Shown in pieces: positions 1-9,069 of a stretch of 64,000 nucleotides of DNA; position 1 is the first letter of the stretch, and each line of letters starts with the position of its first letter. The stretch is taken from the IMG/VR virus record IMGVR_UViG_3300033074_002003. The stretch is one strand, 5' to 3'. Made by a program: the position numbers and the translations under genes. Source of the DNA: a virus. The notes beneath the pieces are model-generated. The model was not told where the DNA came from. It searched no databases and was given only the letters and a program-made list of their open reading frames with translations.

Positions 1-2
1 AC

Positions 3-527
3 ATGGTTCGCTACATGCAAGAACATCCTGACGTGGCTGCGATGAAAGCGACACAACTCGCTAGTGGTATGACACCTGAAGTGTACCAGCGGATTGCTGC
101 CTCGGTCCACAAATTCTGGTCTACGTCTCCACTTGCGCCCGAGCTCCGCAAGCGGGCGTCTGATCGCGCGGTAAAGTTACTCGGCGAGAATAAAATTGGC
201 CCGCAAGCCCCGTACAAGCAAGAGAACAAGTTCAACCCATTTACACAACAAGAGGAGCGTATGCATTCGTCGTGGGAGAGTGTGTTCCTTGATACGTGCA
301 TCGAAGACAAGTACCCAGTGACGAAAGATCACAAGATAACGATCCCATACGTTGATGAGAGCGGTATCGAGCGGCAATACATTCCTGACTTCTATGCGTT
401 TGAAGATCGTACTCTGTATGAGATCAAAGGCTTCGCAACAGAACGAGATTTGCTCAAGTGGGAAGCAGCGCGACAGTGGTGTGAACAGCACGGAATACAG
501 TTTGCCGTGCTGGAAGAGATGACATAA
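3..527 (+). CDS. Homing-endonuclease-like protein, possibly 5'-truncated at the window edge. Its C-terminal PD-(D/E)XK-type nuclease motif (PDF...EIKG) resembles the C-terminus of the 13681..14664 paralog.
   Basis: ORF track. The motif YIPDFYAFEDRTLYEIKGF matches the PD-(D/E)XK pattern and resembles FYVPDFIVH...IVEVKP in the 13681..14664 protein. Confidence 0.4.
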   Translation: MVRYMQEHPDVAAMKATQLASGMTPEVYQRIAASVHKFWSTSPLAPELRKRASDRAVKLLGENKIGPQAPYKQENKFNPFTQQEERMHSSWESVFLDTCIEDKYPVTKDHKITIPYVDESGIERQYIPDFYAFEDRTLYEIKGFATERDLLKWEAARQWCEQHGIQFAVLEEMT

Positions 528-549
528 GTCACCGCTTAGACAGCACTGA

Positions 550-569
550 GGGACCAAAAGGTCCCTTTT
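550..569 (+). terminator. Rho-independent terminator: GGGACC-aaaa-GGTCCC followed by TTTT.
   Basis: A perfect 6-bp stem with a 4-nt loop and T-run sits directly after the stop codon of ORF 3..527. Confidence 0.5.
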
Positions 570-643
570 CGCATTTCTGGGAACTTAACTGCCGCGCGCA
601 CAGGTTGTACAATCGCGTGGCAGCTAGTGTCGCGGCGACGCCA

Positions 644-650
644 CTACTTA
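644..650 (+). promoter_or_regulatory. Instance of the recurring ATACTTA-like motif (CTACTTAGACAC), about 30 nt upstream of the 680 start. Candidate late-promoter element.
   Basis: The sequence tacttagacac is also found at 20881 upstream of sheath gene 2. Confidence 0.3.
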
Positions 651-679
651 GACACTGACAGTACTCCCGGAGAAGATAG

Positions 680-2341
680 ATGGCGCTGATTACGGATCCT
701 GACTCGCTGAATGATGGCTCGGTAGACAACGGATCGACAGAGGTATACATCAATACCTCAAACAGGACGATCAAGCTGAACACGACAGGAAACCTGTCGA
801 CAGACGGTGTGACGATGAAAGCGCTGTACTCCTTCCTCAAAGAGGAGTGGAGAAGCGATCCCAACACAAAGAATCTCGCCGCGTTCCCATTCCCGATGGT
901 TCCGATCACCGACGAGTCGTTCGAGGTCGTCGACGGATGGGACTTCTACAACGATGCCGCGCGTTACCTCATCCGAACGAGCGGGTGGACTGTCAAGAAT
1001 ACATCTGCTGCTACGACGCAGAAGTGGTCAGGCATCATCGGTCTAGGATCGATCGAATCAAACGACCAGCTGTACATGGACCAGCTCTCCGGTTCGTTCG
1101 ACGCGCAGCTACAGGGACAGATCAACCAGGCTGTCCTCATCCTCAGCGACTCGAACGGCGACGGCAACTACGACTTCAGCAAGAGGACGAGCTTCAAGAT
1201 CTTCGTCCGCGAGCAGGCACAGACGTACGACGACGCTAACTTGGCTGACATCGGTGTTACGACGCTCGACTCGATCGCTTACCGCTTCCCGATTTCTACC
1301 GCAACTGACCTAAAGGTCACCAACGCAGATTCGGTGATCACCGGAACGAGCCCCTACACAGAGATCAGCGTCAAGTACTTCACGGGTTCTTTTAAACGCG
1401 ATGTTGACACGACAAACCTAGCTCGTCACTTCGGTGTGGTGATCGATGTCGGAACGCACTCGGGTGTCGACGGCGCGTTCACGTCCGGGCAGAGCGTTCT
1501 TACCTCGTCCGCGGGCGGTATCTCGGGTTCTAACTTCACGGGCGGTACGCTCGTAATTCACTCTGGTTCTGCGAAGGGAACGTACAATCTCAGCGCTCCC
1601 GTGGGCGGCGACGGGAATAAGTTCTCGATCACAACGACGTTCCCAGCGACGCAGACGAGCGCGTCCTTCACACTGTACAAGTCGTCGTCACTCGGAGCAA
1701 CAGCGGAAGAGATCTACGAAAAAGTCCAGTATCTTCTGAGACAGAACAGCAACATCAATGCAATTCCGACGGGTTCGTACAACGTTACGGGAAAGACAGC
1801 AGACCTCCTGCTCCGTTTCGTCGGTGATACGCTCGAGGCCGGAACGCTCAGCCCCACAAACCCAGCGTCCGGTTCGACGCGTACGGGTGTTATCATCGAA
1901 GGCTTCGCATCCAGCGATACGAACAGGTTGACCTTCCGCGACAACAACGGAACTGACAGGACATATCCGTACGTTGCCGTGCTGTCGTTGCTCTTTGGTT
2001 CAAACCTCACGGCAGACGCATCTGCCAAGTACTGGGTCTATTTCACGACACTGCCCGGTGCATCAGACGACTTCGGGCAGTCAGGTGCGACGATCGTAAA
2101 CGACAACAGCAGTTTGCCGATGTCAGGAAGCATTTCTGGACAGGCCACGATCGAAAAGTCTTTCAACTACGACGGCAACGTTCAGGGTGGCCGCACGCCG
2201 GCGACTGACGCCGATGTAACGGTCGTCGCGATCGGGTTGAGCACGGGACAGTACGTGCGTGCGGCAGGAACGATCGCACGGTCAACTTCCAACTCGATCA
2301 CACTCGTCGCGCCTCTCGAGAGAAATTACGAGAACCCATAA
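680..2341 (+). CDS. Hypothetical virion structural protein, S/T/G/N-rich and fibre- or decoration-like.
   Basis: A 553-aa ORF with low-complexity, beta-rich Ser/Thr/Gly composition typical of fibre or adhesin proteins. It sits in the structural block and is preceded by the ATACTTA-like motif. Confidence 0.6.
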   Translation: MALITDPDSLNDGSVDNGSTEVYINTSNRTIKLNTTGNLSTDGVTMKALYSFLKEEWRSDPNTKNLAAFPFPMVPITDESFEVVDGWDFYNDAARYLIRTSGWTVKNTSAATTQKWSGIIGLGSIESNDQLYMDQLSGSFDAQLQGQINQAVLILSDSNGDGNYDFSKRTSFKIFVREQAQTYDDANLADIGVTTLDSIAYRFPISTATDLKVTNADSVITGTSPYTEISVKYFTGSFKRDVDTTNLARHFGVVIDVGTHSGVDGAFTSGQSVLTSSAGGISGSNFTGGTLVIHSGSAKGTYNLSAPVGGDGNKFSITTTFPATQTSASFTLYKSSSLGATAEEIYEKVQYLLRQNSNINAIPTGSYNVTGKTADLLLRFVGDTLEAGTLSPTNPASGSTRTGVIIEGFASSDTNRLTFRDNNGTDRTYPYVAVLSLLFGSNLTADASAKYWVYFTTLPGASDDFGQSGATIVNDNSSLPMSGSISGQATIEKSFNYDGNVQGGRTPATDADVTVVAIGLSTGQYVRAAGTIARSTSNSITLVAPLERNYENP

Positions 2342-2406
2342 GGTTCACAGTATAAATCCCACGGCGATTTTTCTCGCCGTGCTGCGTGAAGTGATGAGCG
2401 GAAGAT

Positions 2407-5400
2407 ATGGCGACATTTACAATCACATCATCGATCAATATCGACGCCCTACCGGCGAAGACAGGATCAGACACATACAACATCAACGGTGGATACCTGA
2501 CTGTCGATCAGGACAGTCGCTACGGGTACAACCAACACTTCAGCGGCGTCCTCGGAAACATCACGCTATCACCGACGTTGGGCGGGACGATTGAGTTCAA
2601 CGCAACGATGGTGCGGATCGTCCCATTCATCAACGGCACGGGCAACGTCCCACCCTACAACACGATCATCGTGAGCGGCAGCGCGGCATCTGGAACTCTA
2701 ATCGGCGTCTACCCGAACTTGGGCGTCGCGCCGCTCAACGTCGGCCAGCCGATGTCGGGATCGGGATACATCAAGATCAAGCAGTGGAATAGCCAGAGTT
2801 TCGGCTACGGATCTCTCACGGGAATTTCTGCGTGGTCGTCCGGTACAGACGCGCCGGGCTGGATAGAAGTTGTTGGCCTCAACGCACTGACGTGTACTGT
2901 CAACCGCCTCAACACGTTCAAGGTCAGGGGCGAGTGGTTCGAAATCTCTAGCGGGACGTCGGGAATCAACACAACGACGTACCAGATTCCCAGCAACGGA
3001 AACATCGTTCACAAGCCTGGTGTCTGGGTCGAGACAGACATATCTGGTACGTACGAGTTCTATCCTTGTGCGGGAACTCTAGCTGCACTCACTGCGTCTA
3101 TGGCCACAGACGAAGTTCGTGGGAAGGTGTGCTGGATTTCGACGGCGGGTCTCCTGCGATTCAAGCACGACGGCACGAACTCAACGGGAGGTTACCTTCC
3201 ACCCGCAGGTAGAAGAGTCAGAATTCCGAACGTGTTCTTCAGTACTTGCGCGGGTGGATGGGCGATAAATCAGCAGCCGAACGCTGTCCTTGCTACGAGG
3301 TACGATTTCACGACGACAGGCGGAGGGGTTATCGACATAGACAAAGCGTCTATGAATTGGTATCCGATCTTTCAGCAGCCATTTTCTGTCACTCTTACGA
3401 ATACTGGCATCATGACGCAGCTGCTCGTGTCAGAGATCGCGTCGCCACTCGTGTGGAGCAACGTTGGTGTGGGGCAAGAGGCGGCTAACTCGCAGATCGG
3501 TCTATCGATGGCGACTTGCTTCGCTGGTGGCACGATCACCGATAGCACTTTCACGTGTGCCTCACAGGGCTCTGGCATCTATGGTGCTTCGTTGACTGAC
3601 TTGAGCGGATTTACTTTTACTCGCGTGAAGATGCGCTCGATGATCAAGGCTTCGAACGCCGCGGCTGGGTCTTATACACTTACTCGAGTAGCCAACAGTT
3701 CGTGGGTCGATTGTACGTTCGGTGCCGGCAGAGCACTTATTACAACCTGTAACGATCTGAACTTTAGCGGGACGATCTACTTCGATAACCCAAACGGTTC
3801 TACACTCAGCGCGATCCCAATGTACGTCTGGGACATCGCCTCCAACTGTGCTCGACTGACGTTCAACGGGTTGTCTTTCGGTGGGTTGAACCTCGCACAC
3901 CCATACAGCGGAATCCTCAACGTTGGCGCAGCGGGTTGTACTGACATCAAGCTCAGAAATCTCGGCACGCCCTCTGCGTCTCTTGATATGGGTGCCGCGC
4001 GTGTAGATGATGCTCCCTGGACGCGCGTCACGACGACAGCGACAGTTACTTCGTCAAATCACGGTTTGAAAGCAAACGATATCATCTATGCTGTCGTAAC
4101 AAGTGACCCGGGCACAATTTCTGTCGCGGCAAAAACTGTCGTGTCGGCACTCGATGCAAATAGGTTCACGTTCGCGTGCACAGCTGCATCTTCGTTGACG
4201 GGCAGCATCTGTTACTACCCGACGATGGCGGCAAACCTGTTTGTCTTGGCCGCTGGTGCGGCGGCGAACGACGTAGAGGTGAAGAGGTGCTACACGCCAC
4301 ACCTCCGAACTAACCTATACACCGCTGACAACTCGACGAAGAACGTTCTGATCGAAAATGTCGTGGGTGATTATATCAACGCACCCGTCGTGACGCAGCT
4401 CAACGGGTATCACAAGGGCGTGTTCGCTACGTTGCCAATGACGGCCGGAACGTCTGTCTACGGATCACACTGGTTCGACATTTTCACAGGTGACATACCG
4501 GTGTCGCAGTCTTCTGTGTCGTGGTCCAGGCTCGGTGCTGTGGCGTACATCACGTCATCGGCTCACGCGCTGCGCACGAACGTGCAGATCAACGTAATCA
4601 CTTCTAGCCAGACAGGTACGCTTACGCTCGGCCAGAAGACGATTACAGCGATTAGCTCGTCTGTTTTCACGTTCGCGTGCGTTGCTGGTGGACCGACTGT
4701 CGGAACGCTGTCATTCAATGACTGTAGCGGCAGGATCGGTCTACTGATGAACGAGGCGACGAGCGAGACGTCTTCTTCATACACGCTTGACGCGGGCACG
4801 CCACAGTTCACGTCTGCGGGCCGCCTCTACATGCCGACGATCGGGCAGCAGATCACGTTCGAAACACCGAACTACATCATCGGTCACACGTCTTTCCCGG
4901 TGACAGAGTCGGTGATGGCTGGTGCTGCACAGACGAACTTCACACTGACGTACGCGCTTGACAAGAATGACGGTGCGGGCTACGGCTCTTTCAGAAATCT
5001 GTCTTTCATCACTACGGGTGCGGGTGGTTCTTCTGGCTCTCAGAACGTCACAATGGCTGATACAACGGGTGTTGAGGTTGGCGATTACATCTTCGGAACG
5101 AACATCGCTCCGAACTCGTTCGTCACGAGCATTGTGAACGGAACGACTGTGTCAACGTCGCTCGCAAATACAGGAGTGCCCTCAGGTCTCCTAAGATTCT
5201 GTCACCTGCCGGGAGAGACTGATATCAACTCGTATCTCGGTTTCAAGATGAAGATACGCATCTTGACCCGCGCGACGAACACCACAGCCATCACGTCACT
5301 CTATGTGCTGACGCGCAGCACGCCGAGCAGTAGAGCGTACCAGTATCCACTAGACCTCGTCCCACTCACGATCACAAACCTACGAAATCCGTCTGAGGTC

Positions 5401-5619
5401 CGTGTCTTTCCGGCTGGCGAAACTACTTCCATCGCCGGACAAGAAGATGTGACAAATGGTACTTTCACAACGACGATCGATGCGGGGGCATACCCATACC
5501 TTGATATCGCAGTACTATCACTGGGTTACCAGAACTTGAGATACACGTCACAGGCTCTCGGGTCTGGTCTCACACTTCAGGCTGCGCAGGTGATCGATCG
5601 ACAGTATGACAACTCATGA
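2407..5619 (+). CDS. Large virion structural protein, putative tail fibre or adhesin.
   Basis: A 1070-aa ORF rich in S/T/G/N with an internal duplicated segment (NRFTFACTAASSLTGS and SVFTFACVAGGPTVGT). Its stop overlaps the start of the next gene (ATGA). Confidence 0.65.
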   Translation: MATFTITSSINIDALPAKTGSDTYNINGGYLTVDQDSRYGYNQHFSGVLGNITLSPTLGGTIEFNATMVRIVPFINGTGNVPPYNTIIVSGSAASGTLIGVYPNLGVAPLNVGQPMSGSGYIKIKQWNSQSFGYGSLTGISAWSSGTDAPGWIEVVGLNALTCTVNRLNTFKVRGEWFEISSGTSGINTTTYQIPSNGNIVHKPGVWVETDISGTYEFYPCAGTLAALTASMATDEVRGKVCWISTAGLLRFKHDGTNSTGGYLPPAGRRVRIPNVFFSTCAGGWAINQQPNAVLATRYDFTTTGGGVIDIDKASMNWYPIFQQPFSVTLTNTGIMTQLLVSEIASPLVWSNVGVGQEAANSQIGLSMATCFAGGTITDSTFTCASQGSGIYGASLTDLSGFTFTRVKMRSMIKASNAAAGSYTLTRVANSSWVDCTFGAGRALITTCNDLNFSGTIYFDNPNGSTLSAIPMYVWDIASNCARLTFNGLSFGGLNLAHPYSGILNVGAAGCTDIKLRNLGTPSASLDMGAARVDDAPWTRVTTTATVTSSNHGLKANDIIYAVVTSDPGTISVAAKTVVSALDANRFTFACTAASSLTGSICYYPTMAANLFVLAAGAAANDVEVKRCYTPHLRTNLYTADNSTKNVLIENVVGDYINAPVVTQLNGYHKGVFATLPMTAGTSVYGSHWFDIFTGDIPVSQSSVSWSRLGAVAYITSSAHALRTNVQINVITSSQTGTLTLGQKTITAISSSVFTFACVAGGPTVGTLSFNDCSGRIGLLMNEATSETSSSYTLDAGTPQFTSAGRLYMPTIGQQITFETPNYIIGHTSFPVTESVMAGAAQTNFTLTYALDKNDGAGYGSFRNLSFITTGAGGSSGSQNVTMADTTGVEVGDYIFGTNIAPNSFVTSIVNGTTVSTSLANTGVPSGLLRFCHLPGETDINSYLGFKMKIRILTRATNTTAITSLYVLTRSTPSSRAYQYPLDLVPLTITNLRNPSEVRVFPAGETTSIAGQEDVTNGTFTTTIDAGAYPYLDIAVLSLGYQNLRYTSQALGSGLTLQAAQVIDRQYDNS

Positions 5620-6260
5620 GCTATACCTTTGACGGCGCGAATAAGAGGATCATCATTACAGGGACTGATACGTTCTCTGCGACAGATCTCTATTCGCGCT
5701 GGAAGGATTGGGTTCAGACATCTGACAATTCGAAGTATGATGAGGCATTTCGCGCCGTTGGCGGCGACCCGATCGGTCCTGGACAGACGATTGCGCCGTA
5801 CTTCTTTCTCAACACGACAGACGGTTGGAGGATAAGACCCGACGAATCAGATCACGAGCTGCGCATTACGGGTAACCTGTACTCTGAAGACTCGACACTC
5901 TCGATGTTTGTTCCGACTGTGGGTGGGTATACCGTGACTGTCGTCATCGAGAGGTCTTCTGCGGCTATTGCTGTGACAGTTGGTGGTGTAGACCAAGCGA
6001 CTGTACAGGCGGCGCTCACGGCACAGGGATACACTACGTCTAGGTCTGCAAAGATTGACAACCTTGATGCAACTGTGTCGTCTGTCGCGCTAACCCCCAC
6101 ACAACAGACAATGCTGCTAGAGATGTACAGGCTCCTCGGTCTCGATCCTACGAAGCCCCTCGTGCTAACTGACACATCTCGTTCGGTGGGTGGCGGCGCT
6201 GGGATCGAACAGACGATCACAGAGGGCCCAGCAAATACGTTCACAGTTCAGAGGGTGTGA
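5616..6260 (+). CDS. Hypothetical structural protein.
   Basis: A 214-aa ORF translationally coupled to the upstream fibre-like gene. Confidence 0.55.
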   Translation: MSYTFDGANKRIIITGTDTFSATDLYSRWKDWVQTSDNSKYDEAFRAVGGDPIGPGQTIAPYFFLNTTDGWRIRPDESDHELRITGNLYSEDSTLSMFVPTVGGYTVTVVIERSSAAIAVTVGGVDQATVQAALTAQGYTTSRSAKIDNLDATVSSVALTPTQQTMLLEMYRLLGLDPTKPLVLTDTSRSVGGGAGIEQTITEGPANTFTVQRV

Positions 6261-6640
6261 TGCTTAACGTTCGCTCTGTGGCGGTCGAGGGCATTGGGTT
6301 CGGCCCGCTCGCACTCGCGAAGATGGGATTCATCGACCTACTCGAAGAGGCACCCGCGGACGCCGAGACACAACAGGTACAAGGTCCCTGGCGTCGGTGG
6401 GGATCTTCTGCGAGGTCTCGAAGTGAGAGAGACGAAAATCGCGAAATCTATGTCGTCGTTCGTCTCAATACGAAACTCATAGAGGGCGAAGAACCACTCG
6501 TGGGACGACAGAGAATGAAGATCGACGCGAAACCGATCAAGATATCGACTTCGGGCGTGTCTGTTGAGAGGTCTGAGATCAGCGTCGTCGCAGAGGGACC
6601 GACAGTCACTAGAAAATCGCACGCGAGGAAATTTGTGTGA
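6257..6640 (+). CDS. Hypothetical protein.
   Basis: A 127-aa ORF whose start overlaps the upstream stop (GTGATG). Confidence 0.4.
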   Translation: MMLNVRSVAVEGIGFGPLALAKMGFIDLLEEAPADAETQQVQGPWRRWGSSARSRSERDENREIYVVVRLNTKLIEGEEPLVGRQRMKIDAKPIKISTSGVSVERSEISVVAEGPTVTRKSHARKFV

Positions 6641-6646
6641 TACTTA
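6639..6646 (+). promoter_or_regulatory. ATACTTA motif instance (GATACTTA), 22 nt upstream of the 6668 start.
   Basis: Recurring motif; see findings. Confidence 0.3.
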
Positions 6647-6667
6647 TGCGAAGCGAGAGGGCACAAA

Positions 6668-7204
6668 ATGGAGAGAGTCGAGCTGAAGCTTGATGAAGCT
6701 AGCGACCTGACGTTCAAGGTCATGATCGAGGGGACGAAAGAGTCCGCTTCAGAAATTCGCCTCATCTGCATCGGAGACGACGTTTCGTACGTCTTCAAGG
6801 GTACAATGACAGAAGAGGTGAACGAGGTCCGCGTTGCCGTCCCCTCAATGAAGGACAAGATCAAAGAGGGTCTCTACGAGACGAAGCTGGAAGTCATCAT
6901 CGAGGGGCGGTGCATCTCACCACTCCAGTTCCTCACGAATTTCAAAGAGGGCGTGAAGGTCGTCGCAGAATCCGTGAAGATCGCTGAGAAGCCACACTCG
7001 TCCGGTCCACAGGTCACGGCTTCTGTCGTCGGGAAACCGATCGTTGTCACGAAGAGGGTCGCGCCCGTCGAAGAGCGACCAAAAGAGACTGTCACAAAAG
7101 AAGCGCAAGTAGAGGCAGTTCGACCCGCAGCGGTTGTCACCGAAGAGGCTTCACCACCTGTCACGTTGCGTCAGCTGTATTCGACCAAGAAATCGAAGAA
7201 GTAA
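6668..7204 (+). CDS. Hypothetical protein with a K/E/V-rich C-terminal tail.
   Basis: A 178-aa ORF with an aagg-type RBS upstream. Confidence 0.55.
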   Translation: MERVELKLDEASDLTFKVMIEGTKESASEIRLICIGDDVSYVFKGTMTEEVNEVRVAVPSMKDKIKEGLYETKLEVIIEGRCISPLQFLTNFKEGVKVVAESVKIAEKPHSSGPQVTASVVGKPIVVTKRVAPVEERPKETVTKEAQVEAVRPAAVVTEEASPPVTLRQLYSTKKSKK

Positions 7205-7226
7205 CGCAGGGGTCACCAGATAATTC

Positions 7227-7260
7227 TGCCCGTGTCATACGTAACCATATGACACGGGCA
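7227..7260 (+). promoter_or_regulatory. A 13-bp perfect inverted repeat (TGCCCGTGTCATA - 8 nt - TATGACACGGGCA) whose right arm contains the ATG of the patatin-like gene. Candidate translational attenuator and/or terminator for the upstream gene.
   Basis: Read directly from the sequence. The right arm spans 7248..7260 and the ATG is at 7249..7251. Confidence 0.5.
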
Positions 7261-8118
7261 TTGGTACTTTCTGGGGGTGCTTGCAAGGGAAGCTATCAGG
7301 TCGGCGTGCTCCGCAAGTGGATGCTTGAGGAGCGCCGAGAGTACGACATCTTCTGTGGAGTCTCTGTCGGCGCGCTCAATGTTTCGCTCCTCGCGCACTA
7401 CAGGGACTCGCGCGAGGCACAGTTCGCTCTCGAAAATGTGTGGAGGCATCACGTAAGCAATGACGCGATCTATCGGAGGTGGTTCCCATTTGGGAGGGTC
7501 TCTGGCCTCTGGAAACACTCGCTATTCGACTCGTCTCCCCTCAGAGAGCTCGTCATGTCTCGCATTGATGTGCAGAAGATCAGGGAGTCAGGAAAGAGAC
7601 TGTCTGTCGGAGCTGTCTGTCTTGAGACCGGAGAGAAGGTGTTCGGCACTGAGGAGGACGATAACCTCGCCGAATGGGTCCTTGCGTCAGCGAGCTATCC
7701 GGTTTTTTTCACACCCGTGAACATCGGTGGCAGGTTCTGGTTCGACGGTGCGGTGAAAAACATGACGCCGCTCGGCAGAGCGATCGAGCTCGGCGCGACC
7801 GAAATAGACATGATCGTGTGTAGCAATCCTGATGTGCAGCGTCCGGTTCCGCAGCAACAGAAGTCTTTTCCGCTGTACAGGCAGATTTCGCGCGTCGTTG
7901 ACGTGATGTCGGACCAGGTGCTGCGGACAGACATGCAAATCACGTCACTGAAGAACCAGCTCTCACGAGCCCGCGGCGACCTCAGACCAGTGACAGTCAG
8001 GTACGTCCAACCCGCAGAGCGACTCACAGAAAATTCGTTCGACTTCGATCCTAAGACGATATCCAAGATGATCGAAAAGGGCTATAGAGATGCCTCTGAT
8101 GGAACTCTGATCCTCTGA
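7249..8118 (+). CDS. Patatin-like phospholipase.
   Basis: An oxyanion GGxxKG-like motif (LSGGACKGSYQVGVL), a GxSxG nucleophile (GVSVGA) and a DGA catalytic Asp (FDGAV) appear in canonical patatin order. Confidence 0.8.
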   Translation: MTRALVLSGGACKGSYQVGVLRKWMLEERREYDIFCGVSVGALNVSLLAHYRDSREAQFALENVWRHHVSNDAIYRRWFPFGRVSGLWKHSLFDSSPLRELVMSRIDVQKIRESGKRLSVGAVCLETGEKVFGTEEDDNLAEWVLASASYPVFFTPVNIGGRFWFDGAVKNMTPLGRAIELGATEIDMIVCSNPDVQRPVPQQQKSFPLYRQISRVVDVMSDQVLRTDMQITSLKNQLSRARGDLRPVTVRYVQPAERLTENSFDFDPKTISKMIEKGYRDASDGTLIL

Positions 8119-8154
8119 TGAACATCTTCTGCACATTGTTCTACATTTGCTACA

Positions 8155-8598
8155 ATGATGCGCAAGACACAGGTCACTAGGGCGATCAAGAGGGTCGATC
8201 GCTGGCTGCGACTATCAGGTTGGGATGTTGTGCGGTCTGCAAATGTCGTTGACATGGCAGATTTTGACTCTTGCATCCTCTACAACAAGAAGACACGCAG
8301 TGACGAGTGCATGTTGTATTCTCTGCTTCACGAGTGTGGTCACGTAATCGACGGTGAAGATGCTGTGAGTAGGATTTCTTTCACGGAGCCGAAGAAGAAG
8401 AAGACGAGGAAGTGGCGAGTCGCGGTCGTTGTCGGTGAGATGCGAGCATGGGACTCTGGAGCTCGCCTAGCTTCAACACTTCGAATCAAGATCGACAGGG
8501 AGAAGTTTGACACATACAGGGCGCGCTACCTCGGAAAGTACTTCTACTGGGGCGCTCTCGGAGAAAAAAGCCTATTGAAGAGCGGATATTGTGACTGA
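8155..8598 (+). CDS. Putative HEXXH zinc metallopeptidase-like protein (ImmA/IrrE or SprT-like).
   Basis: The motif LLHECGHVIDG contains HEXXH. The ORF is 147 aa. Confidence 0.4.
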   Translation: MMRKTQVTRAIKRVDRWLRLSGWDVVRSANVVDMADFDSCILYNKKTRSDECMLYSLLHECGHVIDGEDAVSRISFTEPKKKKTRKWRVAVVVGEMRAWDSGARLASTLRIKIDREKFDTYRARYLGKYFYWGALGEKSLLKSGYCD

Positions 8599-8615
8599 GG
8601 AGAATATTTCTAATT

Positions 8616-8689
8616 GGACACGTAGTCTAACTGGCAGCGATGGCCGACTCAAAATCAGCAGTGTGTGGGTTCGAATCCCACCGTGTCCA
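8616..8689 (+). tRNA. tRNA with anticodon CAA. It has type I (short variable arm) geometry, a mismatch in the D-stem and a C-A mismatch in the anticodon stem, so it is non-canonical for tRNA-Leu.
   Basis: Hand-folded. The acceptor pairs GGACACG with CGTGTCC, the T-arm is GTGGG-TTCGAAT-CCCAC, the anticodon loop is CTCAAAA (U33, A37) and the discriminator is A. Confidence 0.5.
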
Positions 8690-8697
8690 CGACAAAT

Positions 8698-8769
8698 AGG
8701 CCCGTGATGTAGCTGGAAGCATTGACGATTCCAAATCGTTACGCGCAGGTTCGAATCCTGCCGGGTCTG
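8698..8769 (+). tRNA. tRNA-Trp (anticodon CCA).
   Basis: Hand-folded. The acceptor pairs AGGCCCG with CGGGTCT (one G-U), the D-arm is ATGT-AGCTGGAA-GCAT, the anticodon arm is GACGA-TTCCAAA-TCGTT and the T-arm is GCAGG-TTCGAAT-CCTGC. Total length is 72 nt. Confidence 0.8.
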
Positions 8770-8776
8770 CGAAAAT

Positions 8777-8848
8777 GTCCCTGTAGCTCAGGAGAAGAGC
8801 GGGCGCCTTCTAAGCGCAAGGTCGGGGGTGCGAATCCTCCCAGGGATG
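8777..8848 (+). tRNA. tRNA-Arg (anticodon TCT). CCA is encoded immediately 3' at 8849..8851.
   Basis: Hand-folded. The acceptor pairs GTCCCTG with CAGGGAT, the D-arm is GCTC-AGGAGAA-GAGC, the anticodon loop is CTTCTAA and the T-arm is GGGGG-TGCGAAT-CCTCC. Confidence 0.75.
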
Positions 8849-8862
8849 CCAAGGAAAGAAAG

Positions 8863-9039
8863 ATGCTAATTTCCCCCACGAAGAAGAAGATCGAAGAGCT
8901 GACACAGAGAATTCGCGAGATCAAGAGCGCGAAGGTCCCAGCAGAAGATGTAGCCGAACTCGAGACAGAGCTCAATCAGCTGAAAGAGCAAGTCGAGCAA
9001 GAGTCACAGTCGCAGGGTTCCGCTCTTCTCAAGGGCTGA
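8863..9039 (+). CDS. Small coiled-coil protein. The track ORF 8722..9039 would overlap the tRNAs, so the likely true start is the internal Met at 8863.
   Basis: An aaggaaag RBS precedes the ATG at 8863. The sequence has a K/E-rich heptad-like pattern. Confidence 0.4.
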   Translation: MLISPTKKKIEELTQRIREIKSAKVPAEDVAELETELNQLKEQVEQESQSQGSALLKG

Positions 9040-9069
9040 TTTTACCTCGTTTACGCTACGGAGTCTAAG

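Noticed and set aside
847-1239. An Arg-rich 130-aa ORF.
   Set aside because: It is an alternative frame inside the 680..2341 structural gene, and its composition is typical of off-frame translation of GC-rich coding DNA.
8722-9039. A track ORF of 105 aa starting at 8722.
   Set aside because: Its N-terminal 47 codons overlap tRNA-Trp and tRNA-Arg. The real gene most likely starts at the internal Met (8863), which is preceded by an RBS.
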